A DNA stretch of 64,000 nucleotides from an uncultured Solirubrobacterales bacterium (GCA_963760155.1 CAVXBL010000003.1:58663-122662), one strand, 5' to 3'. Counted from the stretch's first letter, positions 8,948 through 19,218 are shown. Notes: generated from the sequence alone by a model not told the origin. Numbers and translations: made by a program.

Positions 8948-10039
8948 TCAACGCAAAAACGGCGGAACGTCGATGTCGTCGTCGGAGATCTCAAGCGACG
9001 AGCGCTGACGATCGTCGATGCGCGGGCCACGGTCGGGACGGCCCTCGCGGCCCTCGCGGCGCTTGCGCTCGCCGCGCACGGCACGACCGGGACGGTGGTC
9101 GAAGCCGGTGCCGATCACGGTCACGCGCACGTCGTCGGTCATCGACTCGTCGATCACCGCGCCGAAGATGATGTTGGCGTTGGGGTCGGCCGCGTTCTGG
9201 ATTATCTCCGCGGCGTCGTTGACCTCGAACAGGCCGAGGTCTTTGCCGCCGGTGATGTTCAGCAGGATGCCGGTGGCGCCGTCGACGGACTCTTCCAGCA
9301 GCGGGGAGGAGATCGCGGCGCGCGCGGCGTCGGCGCAGCGCGCCTCGCCGCCACCGGTGCCGATCCCCATTAGCGCGGAGCCGGCGTCGTGCATGATCGT
9401 GCGCACGTCGGCGAAGTCGAGGTTGATCAACCCGGGGATCGTGATCAGGTCGGTGATGCCCTGCACGCCCTGGCGCAGCACGTTGTCGGCCTCGCGGAAC
9501 GCGTCCAGCATCGAGGTACGCCGCTCGACCACGGCGAGCAACTTCTCGTTGGGGATCACGATCAGCGTGTCGACGACCTCGCGCAACCGCTCGATCCCCT
9601 CGATCGCCTGGCGTCCGCGCTGGGAGCCCTCGAAGTCAAACGGGCGCGTGACCACGCCGACGGTCAGCGCGCCGATCTCGTTCTTGGCGATCTCCGCGAT
9701 CACGGGGGCCGCGCCAGTGCCGGTACCGCCGCCCTCGCCGGCGGTCACGAACACCATGTCGGCGCCCTTCAGCGCCTCCTTGATGTCGTCGCGCGACTCC
9801 GCCGCCGCGGCGAACCCGACCTCGGGGTTAGCGCCAGCGCCGAGACCCTTGGTCGACTCGTGGCCGATGTTCAGCTTGATGTCGGCGTCGCACATCGCGA
9901 GCGCCTGCGCGTCCGTGTTGGCGGCGATGAACTCCACGCCGCGAAGCCCTGCGTCAACCATACGGCTGACCGCGTTGGTCCCGCCTCCGCCGACTCCCAC
10001 GACCTTGATGACCGCCAGGTAGCTGCCGCCGCTCTCCAT
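8948..10039 (-). CDS. ftsZ: Cell division protein FtsZ
   Basis: [22 protein letters not shown], tubulin motif [20 protein letters not shown] and C-terminal DIDVPPFLR. Confidence 0.99.
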   Translation of the reverse strand: MESGGSYLAVIKVVGVGGGGTNAVSRMVDAGLRGVEFIAANTDAQALAMCDADIKLNIGHESTKGLGAGANPEVGFAAAAESRDDIKEALKGADMVFVTAGEGGGTGTGAAPVIAEIAKNEIGALTVGVVTRPFDFEGSQRGRQAIEGIERLREVVDTLIVIPNEKLLAVVERRTSMLDAFREADNVLRQGVQGITDLITIPGLINLDFADVRTIMHDAGSALMGIGTGGGEARCADAARAAISSPLLEESVDGATGILLNITGGKDLGLFEVNDAAEIIQNAADPNANIIFGAVIDESMTDDVRVTVIGTGFDHRPGRAVRGERKRREGREGRPDRGPRIDDRQRSSLEISDDDIDVPPFLR

Positions 10040-10052
10040 TGATGTCCGAGCC

Positions 10053-10239
10053 TTCAAGTAGTTGTTTAAGGTTTGCCCCGTCACGCGGGACGAACCGTCA
10101 GAATACGCAAGTTATGCAGGGAACTTCGCCCTGTCAACGACAACCCTCAGTCTCGCAACAATCGTTGCAGAACGCGCAACCCTCGACTTGTGCTTGAGAA
10201 ATAGTTCTTTGCACCACCAAGCCTCAACTATAGGTTTAG
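10053..10239. promoter_or_regulatory. Three CTCAA-N7-TTGAG-like dyads upstream of ftsZ (candidate FtsR/MerR-type operators)
   Basis: Copies at 10053-10069, 10182-10198 (CTCGA-CTTGTGC-TTGAG) and 10223-10239 (CTCAA-CTATAGG-TTTAG). Confidence 0.5.
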
Positions 10240-10241
10240 AC

Positions 10242-11345
10242 TCAGCCGGTGGTCGATTCGGCCGTTTCGGTGGTGTTCGAGCCGGACGCCGCGGAGCTGC
10301 TTGAACCGGATGTTTCGGACGTATCGGATGTTTCGGAGGTATCCGAAGTGGACGGTTCGGATGCGCTCGACGCAGACACTTCGGAAGGATTCGTAGCAGG
10401 CGACGCGGCCGGAGTCCCACCGCCGACCGCCGCTTCGAGGCTTTCCGCGAGCCTGGTCGTGGTCGGGCTGGCGCTCCCGGCCTGCGCGGACGTGGATGTG
10501 ACCGCAGACGGGGACTGCGGCGATGACGGCAAGGAGAATCCGGCGGCGGGACGTTCGGGCAGACGCACGTCTACATACAGCGCGCCCGCGGCGCTCGGCG
10601 ACACAAGCACACGCGCAAGCGACAGCCACTTGGCGTGTGGGCGTGTGGCGTCGCCGAAGTACACGAGCAGACTGTCCCGCATCGCCACGGTCAGCCCTTC
10701 CGGACCGTTGTACACGCGCGCGACGTCGCGCGCGAACACGGGCGGAGCGGCGCCGAGCAGGGCCGCCGCCGCGAGCGCCGCCGATTCGCGCAAGCGCGCT
10801 CCGGGAGACGGCTCGACCGATCCGCTGATCGTGGGCAGCGAGCTCGACAACAGCGCGGGACCAAGCACGGTGCCGTCGGCCGCGACCGCGGTGCGTTGCC
10901 CGGCGCTGATGAGCTCCGCGACCGCAGGACGCTCGGTCACGGATATGCGCACGCTATGAGGGAAGCTCGTGCTCACACGCAGCCCACCGACGAGCGGAAG
11001 CTGGAGGACCGCGGCGCGCAGCGTGGCCGCGTTGAAGTCAAGCGTGGTCATTCGCCTGGCGGCGTCGTCAAGCGCGGTCCTGATCTGCACCCCGTCGATC
11101 CCCTGAACGCCCGTTATGCGCACGTGGCGGACCGACACCAGCGAGGAGTCGCGCAGCCACAGCCAGCCGCCGCCGAACAGGGGCACCGCCAGTGGCACGC
11201 ACAACAGCACACGCACAGCGAGCCTGTGGCCGGGCAACCAGGCCAGCAGCCACACGCGCGCCTGGTTCGCGCGAACGCCGGTCCTCCTCCCGCGACGCAC
11301 CGACCGGCGCGGCTCACGCCGAAGCCGCGGTAGCAAGAGTTCCAT
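10242..11345 (-). CDS. ftsQ: Cell division protein FtsQ/DivIB
   Basis: Single TM helix followed by a POTRA-like segment (VRHVRITG...VSTSFPHSVRISVTER), YVDVRLPERP, directly upstream of ftsZ; start uncertain. Confidence 0.8.
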   Translation of the reverse strand: MELLLPRLRREPRRSVRRGRRTGVRANQARVWLLAWLPGHRLAVRVLLCVPLAVPLFGGGWLWLRDSSLVSVRHVRITGVQGIDGVQIRTALDDAARRMTTLDFNAATLRAAVLQLPLVGGLRVSTSFPHSVRISVTERPAVAELISAGQRTAVAADGTVLGPALLSSSLPTISGSVEPSPGARLRESAALAAAALLGAAPPVFARDVARVYNGPEGLTVAMRDSLLVYFGDATRPHAKWLSLARVLVSPSAAGALYVDVRLPERPAAGFSLPSSPQSPSAVTSTSAQAGSASPTTTRLAESLEAAVGGGTPAASPATNPSEVSASSASEPSTSDTSETSDTSETSGSSSSAASGSNTTETAESTTG

Positions 11346-11453
11346 CTGAGACTGTTCGACCTCACGCGACGGTTCCCTTGTTCGATTCTTTGAACGCGTT
11401 GGTGGGTAGTAGAATCGCGTGGTCCATCTGTAGTCCATCGCTTCCGCGCAGGG

Positions 11454-12644
11454 ATGGTGAAGATGAGTGTGAGCCGACTTGTTCAGTGCCTGACCCTGGT
11501 TGCGATACTCGCGATCAGCCTCGTCTGTCTGGGCGTGGTAACCGGCCTCGGTGGCCTCGAACCCGGACTCTCGAGCGCGTCAGACCAGCTCGGATTGTTG
11601 CCCCCAACACGCCTCACAGCGCTGCCCAATCCGACGATCATCGACGGCACGCTGCCGCTGCGCGTGAGGCTGTCCGGACCGGTGGCGTCGTTCTCGCCAC
11701 AACCCACGCTGAGCCCCGCTGTGGCGGGCACATGGAGCACCCACGAACACTCCGAGATCTTCACGCCGGCCTCGACGCTGGATCCCTGCTCGACCTACAC
11801 CATGACGATCGCCGCGGCAAGCACGGCCATCTCGCACTCTCCTCTCGGCGCCCAGCGCAAGATCGCGCTGCGGGTGGCGTGCCCATCTGTGCGAGGCCTG
11901 CAGCAAACGCTCGCCAAGCTCGACTACCTGCCCTACAAAGCGCACGCCTCTACACGCGCGATCGAGGCGGCCCAGGCGGCCAGCGTAGGCGCAAACAACG
12001 CTACGGACGTTGCCGGTCAAGCGCGCGCGACGGAAGCGGCGAACGCATACGAGGCACGGCGGATCGCCGCGATCGACGCGTTCGACCCCTCCCCCGACCC
12101 GCCCCGGCCGCGCCTGCACGAAGCTCCCCCGCTCGAATACGGCCAGCTCGATGAGACCACCAAGGGCGCCGTGATGGTGTTTCAGTCCGAACACGAAATC
12201 GAACCCACCGGGACCCCCGAAGCGGCGACCTGGAAGGCCCTGCTGCACGCGGCCGAGAAGCACGAACGCGCCCGCGCCCCCTACACGTTCGTGACCGTCT
12301 CAGAGGCGCTACCCGAGACGCTCGAGGTCCACCGCGACGACCACGTGGTGCTCTCAACGCCCGTCAACACGGGCGTACCGGGAGCCGAAACCGCCCAGGG
12401 CATCTTCCCGATCTTCGCGCGCTTCGTGTCCACCACGATGGTCGGCACAGACCCCGACGGGACCAAATACATCGCGCCGGACGTGCCGTGGGTCAACTAC
12501 TTCAACGGCGGCGACGCCGTGCACGGTTACCCGCGCGCCTCCTACGGCTTCCCACAGTCCAACGGTTGCGTGGAGCTCCCGATCGAAACGGCCCAAACGG
12601 TGTTCGGAATGCTCAAGATCGGCGACATCGTCGAGGTCAGCTGA
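11454..12644 (+). CDS. L,D-transpeptidase family protein (Ig-like + PG-binding + YkuD), copy 1
   Basis: Signal/TM N-terminus; NTG...T..G.FPI; VHG......G.PQSNGCVEL catalytic His/Cys motif. Confidence 0.88.
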   Translation: MVKMSVSRLVQCLTLVAILAISLVCLGVVTGLGGLEPGLSSASDQLGLLPPTRLTALPNPTIIDGTLPLRVRLSGPVASFSPQPTLSPAVAGTWSTHEHSEIFTPASTLDPCSTYTMTIAAASTAISHSPLGAQRKIALRVACPSVRGLQQTLAKLDYLPYKAHASTRAIEAAQAASVGANNATDVAGQARATEAANAYEARRIAAIDAFDPSPDPPRPRLHEAPPLEYGQLDETTKGAVMVFQSEHEIEPTGTPEAATWKALLHAAEKHERARAPYTFVTVSEALPETLEVHRDDHVVLSTPVNTGVPGAETAQGIFPIFARFVSTTMVGTDPDGTKYIAPDVPWVNYFNGGDAVHGYPRASYGFPQSNGCVELPIETAQTVFGMLKIGDIVEVS

Positions 12645-12700
12645 GAGGAACACACCCATCGCCCCACAACGAGCCCAGGGATTCGTGCAGCGAGGCCTTT

Positions 12701-12730
12701 AGTACCGCCAACGGGATTCGAACCCGTGTT
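12701..12730 (-). repeat. 30 bp copy of the tRNA-Glu 3' end (distal att site of island B)
   Basis: AGTACCGCCAACGGGATTCGAACCCGTGTT is identical to 27295-27324. Confidence 0.92.
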
Positions 12731-13013
12731 TTAGTCCCGATGGCCAGGGCCATCCAGAGCAATAGCGCTCCAGGAGCAGCTCGCGCCGATCTCGGCGACG
12801 GCGGGAGACAGTCGTCAGCACGATTCGCAACGATAGCTGACGTGAGACCCTCACGTTCCTTTAACAGCCGTAGAGCGTCAACGACCACAGGAAGCTGCTC
12901 CTGTGCATCCACTACCTTACCGCGCACATGGCAGCACGCTTGCGTACGTCACGACAATGACCACTCAAGACGCTCGATAGCGTTTTCGCGCACCGCACGC
13001 GCGACAAGCTTCT

Positions 13014-13754
13014 TTAGTCCAACGTCGTTGAAAACGACTGGCCGTCCTGCGTCCAGTACAGCGTGCTTCCAACAACAGACTGGGGATTCGTACCGATGTT
13101 TGTACCGCCGACCGACAACGCCAGCGAAGATGGATCGATGCTGGTCCCATATGCTACGAGTCGTGTCCCTGACTTGTCCAGTGTATACACATCGAAATAC
13201 GGATTCTCAGTACCATTAGGGAGCCCAGACCTCTCGTAGTCTTCGGCGATCCACGCCACCGAGCCGTCGCTCTTCATAACGAGTGACACAATATTCCCCA
13301 CACCGACATATTCCGGCATAGGCGTCAGAGGCTGACCCGTAGGAACTCGATGAAGTGTACGCCCAGTGCGCAAATTACGGACAACCACCCACCGTTCCGC
13401 GCGGCTACTCTCATAGCCCCCGATAGTAGCTTCTTCATATGCGACCATCGAGCCAGCCAGGGTCTCGTGAGCTATCCCTCCCGCGCCGCCAGATGACGCG
13501 TACGGTACCGGGCCGAGAAAAACGGGTCTGTGTCCATAGACACAACCATATACGCCCAAATATTCCGGAAATGCATGGGGTTCCGTAGCCTTGTATAGCT
13601 GTGCTTGTGAATTGGCGGAGATCGGGCGAGAGTGTCCGGGCCTGCACTTTGTGGCCGCCTTATGTTGGGTGGCCACGGCGCTCGCACGCTCAGTTGTCGG
13701 GAACAGGGCTAGCGCAGAGATCGCAGCTATGGTGGTTAGTCTCATCTTGTCCAT
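13014..13754 (-). CDS. Hypothetical secreted protein (island B cargo)
   Basis: 246 aa ORF with signal-peptide-like N-terminus, visibly lower GC than the core genes. Confidence 0.65.
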   Translation of the reverse strand: MDKMRLTTIAAISALALFPTTERASAVATQHKAATKCRPGHSRPISANSQAQLYKATEPHAFPEYLGVYGCVYGHRPVFLGPVPYASSGGAGGIAHETLAGSMVAYEEATIGGYESSRAERWVVVRNLRTGRTLHRVPTGQPLTPMPEYVGVGNIVSLVMKSDGSVAWIAEDYERSGLPNGTENPYFDVYTLDKSGTRLVAYGTSIDPSSLALSVGGTNIGTNPQSVVGSTLYWTQDGQSFSTTLD

Positions 13755-13775
13755 AACACTACTATACTTTCTATA

Positions 13776-14239
13776 AGCTAGAGCTCCTTCGCCGGTCTAT
13801 ATCCCACTTCCGCGTTCAGCGTCTGGTCTATCTCGTCCGTACCTGTAATCGATGACGCTACAATGTTAGCCGGCGATGCACTACTGATGAGAGACGTTGC
13901 CTCCGAAGGTGCTACCGTGCTCTCGCCTTCGTTGGTAGCGGTCACAAGCACCCTTAGCGTAGATGCGACGTCACTTACAGTGAGTGTGTAAGCGCTCGTA
14001 GGGGCACCGCTAATGACAGTGCAGCTTTCGCCGCTTTCGTTGCATCACTCCCATTGATAGCTGTAGATGATCGAGCCTGTGCCAGACCAGATTCCGGTCG
14101 TCACGGTTAGTATGTCTCCCTTGAGCCCGTTACCGGACACAGTCGGCGACACTTCGCTTTCGGACGCGCTTTCCGCAGCAATCTGCCGTGTCGCCGCAGA
14201 GAATCGCGAAACCGTACCGCCCGGTTCACTTGCGCTCAC
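13776..14239 (-). pseudogene. Remnant of an Ig-like repeat surface protein
   Basis: TVSG...GDILTVTTGIWSG...YSYQWE*CNESGESCTVISGA....YTL...DV.STLRVLVTATN; in-frame TGA at 14045-14047 interrupts a recognisable repeat. Confidence 0.65.
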
Positions 14240-15149
14240 ACGAACCTCAGCGTGTCACCCACATTTCCGCTACCCAAAACATAAGACGAAACGGTTGCAC
14301 TTTCAATATTTTTGCAGTCGCCGCCATTGCTATTACAGTTCTCCCATTGCCAGGGCAGGTTCAACCGAGTCCTTGCAACGCAGTTTTGTTGACGGGATCG
14401 TAGCTGCTCGTTGAGGGCCTCGGCTGGTGTTCTCCATTGGAGCGCAGAGCTTGACGACCTGCGGCGCCTGTGACACTACGTCTGGCGTCCTTTGCTCGTT
14501 CAGGCGGAAGATCGTCTACCGTGACGGAATGGCAGTGCACGGCAGGTCGAGGGCGAGGTCCATCGAGGTCTCCTTTGGTCTGCGATGCTTTTGAGCACCG
14601 CAAACTTCGAACCGGTTACTCAGAAATCCTCGAAAACCAGGACCTCACCGCGGAATCAATCATCTGACCAGAGTGCTGACGCGGTGAACGAATAGGCCTC
14701 GGCGGTCCTCGCCCTCAAGCCCCAAGCTCCGCACTGCCTCCTCAACCCCCGGATACTCCGGGTGGCCGAAGTCGTCGAACACAATGAGGGAGCCCTCCCC
14801 GAGAGCCGGTCTCCACGCTTGAACCTCACGTATGCGAAAGGAGAACCATAAGCACGACGGCAGCCACCGCCGATCGGCAGGACCGGCCAGAGCAGGCCAG
14901 CTAGAACGAGATCAGCGCCGAGCAGCGCGACAACACCGGTTCTGAACGCGATGCTCTGCGAGGACTCAAACCATCCGTGAACGGTCGATGAGACCGAGTG
15001 CACGATCCACAGCCATGTCGGCGCGACCGACGCGGTGCGGCGCCCGGAGGAGGCCGGACTTCTGCAAAAGATCGGGGAGTTCGTTGGCTCTCGCCCGCCG
15101 CCGCGGCGCGCGGCCGAGCGGCTGACCCTGGGGTAGTTGGGGGGTCGTA

Positions 15150-15665
15150 GCTGCCAAAGCAGCGCCAGGCCGCATCAACCACTTCGACTAGAAGTGGCAC
15201 CGGCTAATCATCTTCACGAAGGGCAAGAAGGTCCGCGAAATCCCGATCCTCGACCCGGAGTTCTGGACAGACCTAGAGCGCTACATCCTCGAATCCGAAG
15301 CCAGACCCGACCACTACCTCATGGCCCGGAGCACCGGCCGCTACGGCAAGGTAGACCCGACAAAGCCGATGGGGCCACACGGAGTGCACAACTGGTGGTA
15401 CCAGCGCCTTGTGGGCGCTGGAATTGTGGCAAAGTGCCCAACTAAGGGCCAGAGGATGCACAAGGCTCGGCACACAGCTGGGCAGCGCGTGCTCGACGCC
15501 ACCGGGAACCTCAAGGCCGTACAGCAACTACTCGGCCACGCCTCAATACAGACCACCGGCGACATCTACACGGACTGGGACATCGATCAGCTCGCCGCCA
15601 CGATGGCCGAGATCCTTGACGACGACAGTCCGACGGACAGCAAGCCGAATCCTAAATTGATCCCG
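15150..15665 (+). pseudogene. Truncated tyrosine integrase (catalytic C-terminal half)
   Basis: NHFD*KWHRLIIFTKGKKVREIP...HKARHTAG...VQQLLGHASIQTTGDIY; in-frame TAG near 15189 and no N-terminal domain. Confidence 0.8.
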
Positions 15666-15700
15666 TTGAACTCCAGAAAACCCTGCAAATCAGCACTTTA

Positions 15701-15741
15701 TACCGCCAACGGGATTCGAACCCGTGTTACCGCCGTGAGAG
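15701..15741 (-). repeat. 41 bp copy of the tRNA-Glu 3' half (att between islands A and B)
   Basis: TACCGCCAACGGGATTCGAACCCGTGTTACCGCCGTGAGAG is identical to 27297-27337. Confidence 0.95.
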
Positions 15742-15823
15742 CGCTCCCGGCAGGGGTAGCCGACGACGCCCATCGTGGCCCCTTTTAGCCCGTAAACGCC
15801 TTGAATACTGAGGATTCGCCACC

Positions 15824-16216
15824 TTGGCGCGGCCCGCTGTCGCCCGGCCAAGACCGCCGTTTACCGGGGGCGCGGGGTCCGTAGGGGGTCCAGCCGAGGG
15901 GTACGACAGAATCCGCACCGTGCCGGAGCGACGTGGCGACCAATACCTTGCCGCTGCCGAGCGGGCCATCCGACGGCCCGGCAGGTGGATCAACGTACGA
16001 GTCTTCTCTGGCGAGAAGAATGCTCGCGTCACGGCATGGGCGATGGAGCGAGGGTTCGTCCGCAACCGGCCACGCGACGGCCAGGAGCCGATCCAGGTTG
16101 GCGGTCAGATGTGCATCGCGCTGCCCTGCCGACCGAAGGCCGAAGTTGCCCCTGCCGACGACGGATGGCTACTACGAATCCGGGCTCCAAAGCGACGTCC
16201 GATGGCGGATCAGTAG
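15824..16216 (+). CDS. Hypothetical protein
   Basis: 130 aa ORF convergent with the XRE gene; no motif recognised. Confidence 0.35.
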   Translation: MARPAVARPRPPFTGGAGSVGGPAEGYDRIRTVPERRGDQYLAAAERAIRRPGRWINVRVFSGEKNARVTAWAMERGFVRNRPRDGQEPIQVGGQMCIALPCRPKAEVAPADDGWLLRIRAPKRRPMADQ

Positions 16217-16425
16217 AGCCCGGACAAGAGCTCGTCGGGCCGTAGCTCAAGCGCCGCAAGAAGCCGCAGGAGCGTCGTCAGGCGTATCTCTCGCGTGCCG
16301 CGCTCGATGCGCGAGACCTGGACTACGGCCAACCCGGAGGCGTGCGACAGGTCCTCCTGGGTCCAGCCGCGAGCGTGGCGGGCGGCGCGGATGTTCTGGC
16401 CGAAGCGTTGGACGGGCGACTCCAT
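16210..16425 (-). CDS. XRE-family HTH regulator
   Basis: FGQNIRAARHARGWTQEDLS..SGL....VSRIERG.RE..LTTL. Confidence 0.9.
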   Translation of the reverse strand: MESPVQRFGQNIRAARHARGWTQEDLSHASGLAVVQVSRIERGTREIRLTTLLRLLAALELRPDELLSGLY

Positions 16426-16485
16426 GCGCCCGATCCTCGGCCAACAGAACCAACATGACCATGACCAACCCGGTAAGTTTGACCC

Positions 16486-16923
16486 ATGTTGCCCACACGC
16501 AAGACGGCGACGGCGCTGGTCGCTATCGCCTGCTCCGCATCGGTCGCCGGAGGATGCAGCGGCTCAGAACCACACCCAACAGCGTCGTCTAAAGAAAAAC
16601 ACGCGACGTCGTCGCCTGATAGTCCACTCTTGGCTTCCGCGAAGCTCGCCAGCATCCAGGTCGGGCACGAAGTCTCAGCCGACGACCCCCTCATCAAGAG
16701 CATCGAGCGGTTCACGGCATCGCTCCAACGCCGCTGCCGCGAGGACGCCATACACATAGACGGCATCGCAGGCTCCATGTCGAGCGATCTGCGCAAGCAC
16801 GGCATAAGCGAAACGCCGCTCGCCGCACTCAGGCGTCTCAATCGGATCGTCCCACCCGAGGCGCGCTCATTTGACTGCACCGGAGCAGCAGCGGGATACC
16901 TCGTCCTCCGCGAGCCAGAATAG
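16486..16923 (+). CDS. Putative lipoprotein
   Basis: Signal peptide ending in lipobox-like VAGGC followed by a Ser-rich linker. Confidence 0.65.
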   Translation: MLPTRKTATALVAIACSASVAGGCSGSEPHPTASSKEKHATSSPDSPLLASAKLASIQVGHEVSADDPLIKSIERFTASLQRRCREDAIHIDGIAGSMSSDLRKHGISETPLAALRRLNRIVPPEARSFDCTGAAAGYLVLREPE

Positions 16924-16949
16924 TCCGCCTACCACGCACAGGAGAAGCT

Positions 16950-17312
16950 ATGCGCCCGTATCTCGTCGCCCTCGCTATGTTCGCGGTCGGCCTCTCCGCC
17001 ACCCTGCCGAACTCAGCCCTCGCCAGACACCGCCCAACCAACAGCGAGCCGACGACTCGCAGCCACATCTGCCACCGCGTCGCTCACAACGAGCGCATGG
17101 AGGCCACCAACTTGCCATGTTGGAAGGCCAATGAATACGTGCTTGGGGCGCGCGAAAGGTTCTACAACGTGAACTGGCACGGGCAGGACTTCAAGCTGTA
17201 CGGCTTCTGGTGCAAGGTTGTGAACGAATTCAAGCAGCCTCGTTCTACGTGGTACTTCAACTGCGAACGTGGCAGGAAGTACGCCAACTTCACCTGGACG
17301 TTCGAGCAATGA
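16950..17312 (+). CDS. Putative secreted Cys-containing protein
   Basis: Signal peptide ending SALA; four Cys residues; RBS GGAG upstream. Confidence 0.65.
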   Translation: MRPYLVALAMFAVGLSATLPNSALARHRPTNSEPTTRSHICHRVAHNERMEATNLPCWKANEYVLGARERFYNVNWHGQDFKLYGFWCKVVNEFKQPRSTWYFNCERGRKYANFTWTFEQ

Positions 17313-17350
17313 GACTACGACGCGGCTCCAAGCTCCATCATGGAGATCGA

Positions 17351-17818
17351 ATGATGGGCGCCAAGGTGAAGCGTCCAAGGTGGATGCTATACGTCGGGGC
17401 GTGCTCGGTCGTTGCCGCTGGCGGCTGTGGTGGTGGAAGCACCGCAACAAGCACGAGCCCGAACAACTCACATCGCACGCCCACGACGTCAACAACTAAT
17501 GCCAAGCAGCAAGCCGCACGCGAACATATCCAGGCTGAAAAGATACATAAGCTAGAACAACAGCAAGTGCAGCAGCGCGAAGAACGTGAACGCGAAGCGC
17601 AGCGGCATGCAAGAGAAAATCAACAGCGTGAAAATAAACATGAAGTTGAAGAAGAAAACCGACCGCTACGAGAATCACAACATCGCACCTTGGAAGAATC
17701 GTGCTTGCATAGAGCAGAAGAACGCCGCGCAGCAGAAGAACGCACAAGAAACAGCGAATATCAAATACGATCCGAAACAGAAAGTTGCGTGAGAGAATCT
17801 GAAGAAGCCGCCGGTTAG
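17351..17818 (+). CDS. Putative lipoprotein with charged coiled coil
   Basis: lipobox-like AAGGC, Thr/Ser linker, E/Q/R-rich helix; A-rich low-GC coding. Confidence 0.6.
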   Translation: MMGAKVKRPRWMLYVGACSVVAAGGCGGGSTATSTSPNNSHRTPTTSTTNAKQQAAREHIQAEKIHKLEQQQVQQREEREREAQRHARENQQRENKHEVEEENRPLRESQHRTLEESCLHRAEERRAAEERTRNSEYQIRSETESCVRESEEAAG

Positions 17819-17869
17819 CGTACATAGAGGTAACGATTCGCTTCCACGGTCGGCGTACACCGTAACGGT

Positions 17870-18229
17870 CTACAACGCGCAGCCGATGGGTGGCCTGCGT
17901 TCGTAGGCCGCGCGCCAGGCGCTGAGCGTGGCGTCCAGCGCGACGGCCCATTGCTCGCGCTCGCGCTTGTCGGACTCGACCGATAGCGCCACGGCGCGCG
18001 TAGGGCCGAGCGCTCGCTCCCACGGCATCCCGGCGCGGCGCGCGAGCGCCAACCCCTCCCGGAAGATCGCCAGCGGGTCGCCGTGGGCTCCTTTGATGAC
18101 GAACGACAATCTTAGCTTGGGTGTCGGCTTGGCCTCCGGCGGCTCGCGTTGACGCGGCGGCGGCGTAGGCTCGGCGAGCGCTTCGCGCGCTTCGCGTTCG
18201 CGCCGTTTGCGGAGGGGTCTACCGGACAT
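17870..18229 (-). CDS. Hypothetical protein (island A left operon)
   Basis: 119 aa ORF, last gene of the minus-strand run. Confidence 0.55.
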   Translation of the reverse strand: MSGRPLRKRREREAREALAEPTPPPRQREPPEAKPTPKLRLSFVIKGAHGDPLAIFREGLALARRAGMPWERALGPTRAVALSVESDKREREQWAVALDATLSAWRAAYERRPPIGCAL

Positions 18230-18421
18230 AGCGCACTCGTGGGCGGACGGAGTTCGAGCAGCAGGGAGGGGTGGCCGCGCTCAAGCGCCACTCCCTGCAA
18301 TCCGCCCGCCCACGACTACCTCCCACGAGAGAGCGCACTCGTGGGCAGGCGAGGCACTGGAGGTAAGCCGGAGGAACACCAAAAACCGGCCGCGATCTGC
18401 CCCGCCCACCCACGACTACGC

Positions 18422-18604
18422 TCATCCCCACGGCCTCCCGAACAAGGTGTTGCGGCCGGTGGCGTACTGCTCGGCCTTGATCGCCTCAATGTCCTGGTGG
18501 GCGCACGCCAGGCGCTTCTCATCGACGCCGCGTTCATGGCGGTGACGCTCGGCCTCCGTTGCCGGGACGAAGCCGCACGCGGGACAGGTCCAGTCAACGC
18601 CCAT
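18422..18604 (-). CDS. Small CxxC (zinc-finger-like) protein
   Basis: WTCPACGF followed by HRH; overlaps the upstream gene end. Confidence 0.55.
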   Translation of the reverse strand: MGVDWTCPACGFVPATEAERHRHERGVDEKRLACAHQDIEAIKAEQYATGRNTLFGRPWG

Positions 18605-19115
18605 GAGGGAACCTGCTCGTCAGGCTCATGGCCGCGCGCTCGTGGCGCTCGGTGCGCAGGCGGTCAGCCTTCGGTGCGCTGGCGGTAAGCGCGGCCCGCT
18701 TGACGACGGCCTGCCGCGTCTCCTCGGCTAGCTGCTCGATTTCCTCGATTGCCTGCCCCACCCCCGGCGGCGCGTTGTTGATGTGGCAGGCCCATACGGG
18801 GTCGCGCAGCACCGCTGCCCGGCGGTTAGAGGGCAGCGCCCAGTACACAGCGGCGAGACGGTCAGGGTCCATCACGCCGAAAGCCTCTAGCGAGGTCAGC
18901 GGCGTGCGGTGTGCGGTACGCAGCAGGTTGACCAAGTGCCCGCACAGACGGTCTATATCCCGGGAATGCAGGATCAGCGTGCGGTCAAGATCACCGAGCC
19001 CTGACTTGAGCAGAAGCTCAATGCGTTGGCCGTGAGTGCCTGATAGATATTCGGGGCGCTCGGCGAGCAGCCGATAGCGCCGGGCCATGAACGCGATTGT
19101 GTGTGCGTTGCCCAT
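18594..19115 (-). CDS. Hypothetical protein
   Basis: 173 aa ORF in a tightly packed operon. Confidence 0.55.
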   Translation of the reverse strand: MGNAHTIAFMARRYRLLAERPEYLSGTHGQRIELLLKSGLGDLDRTLILHSRDIDRLCGHLVNLLRTAHRTPLTSLEAFGVMDPDRLAAVYWALPSNRRAAVLRDPVWACHINNAPPGVGQAIEEIEQLAEETRQAVVKRAALTASAPKADRLRTERHERAAMSLTSRFPHGR

Positions 19116-19116
19116 G

Positions 19117-19218
19117 TCATTTGATCTTCGGTAGAGGATGCGGCTTGGGCGCTGGCGGCCACGGTTTGCCGGGTTTCAGCGTGACCGGGCCGCTCGGGGT
19201 GTTGATCGTGATCCCCAT
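19117..19218 (-). CDS. 33 aa Pro-rich peptide (not in ORF track)
   Basis: MGITINTPSGPVTLKPGKPWPPAPKPHPLPKIK; start overlaps the upstream stop (TGATG) and the stop is 1 nt from the next ATG. Confidence 0.5.
   Translation of the reverse strand: MGITINTPSGPVTLKPGKPWPPAPKPHPLPKIK

Larger units (their letters stand above)
12701..15741. mobile_element. Decayed ~3 kb integrative element (island B) at tRNA-Glu
   Basis: Bounded by tRNA-Glu 3' copies; contains an integrase remnant next to the 15701 att, pseudogenes and lower-GC cargo. Confidence 0.8.

Noticed and set aside
14400-15140. ORFs in the middle of island B (14656-15003 and others)
   Set aside because: No recognisable motifs, starts or RBS; likely decayed sequence
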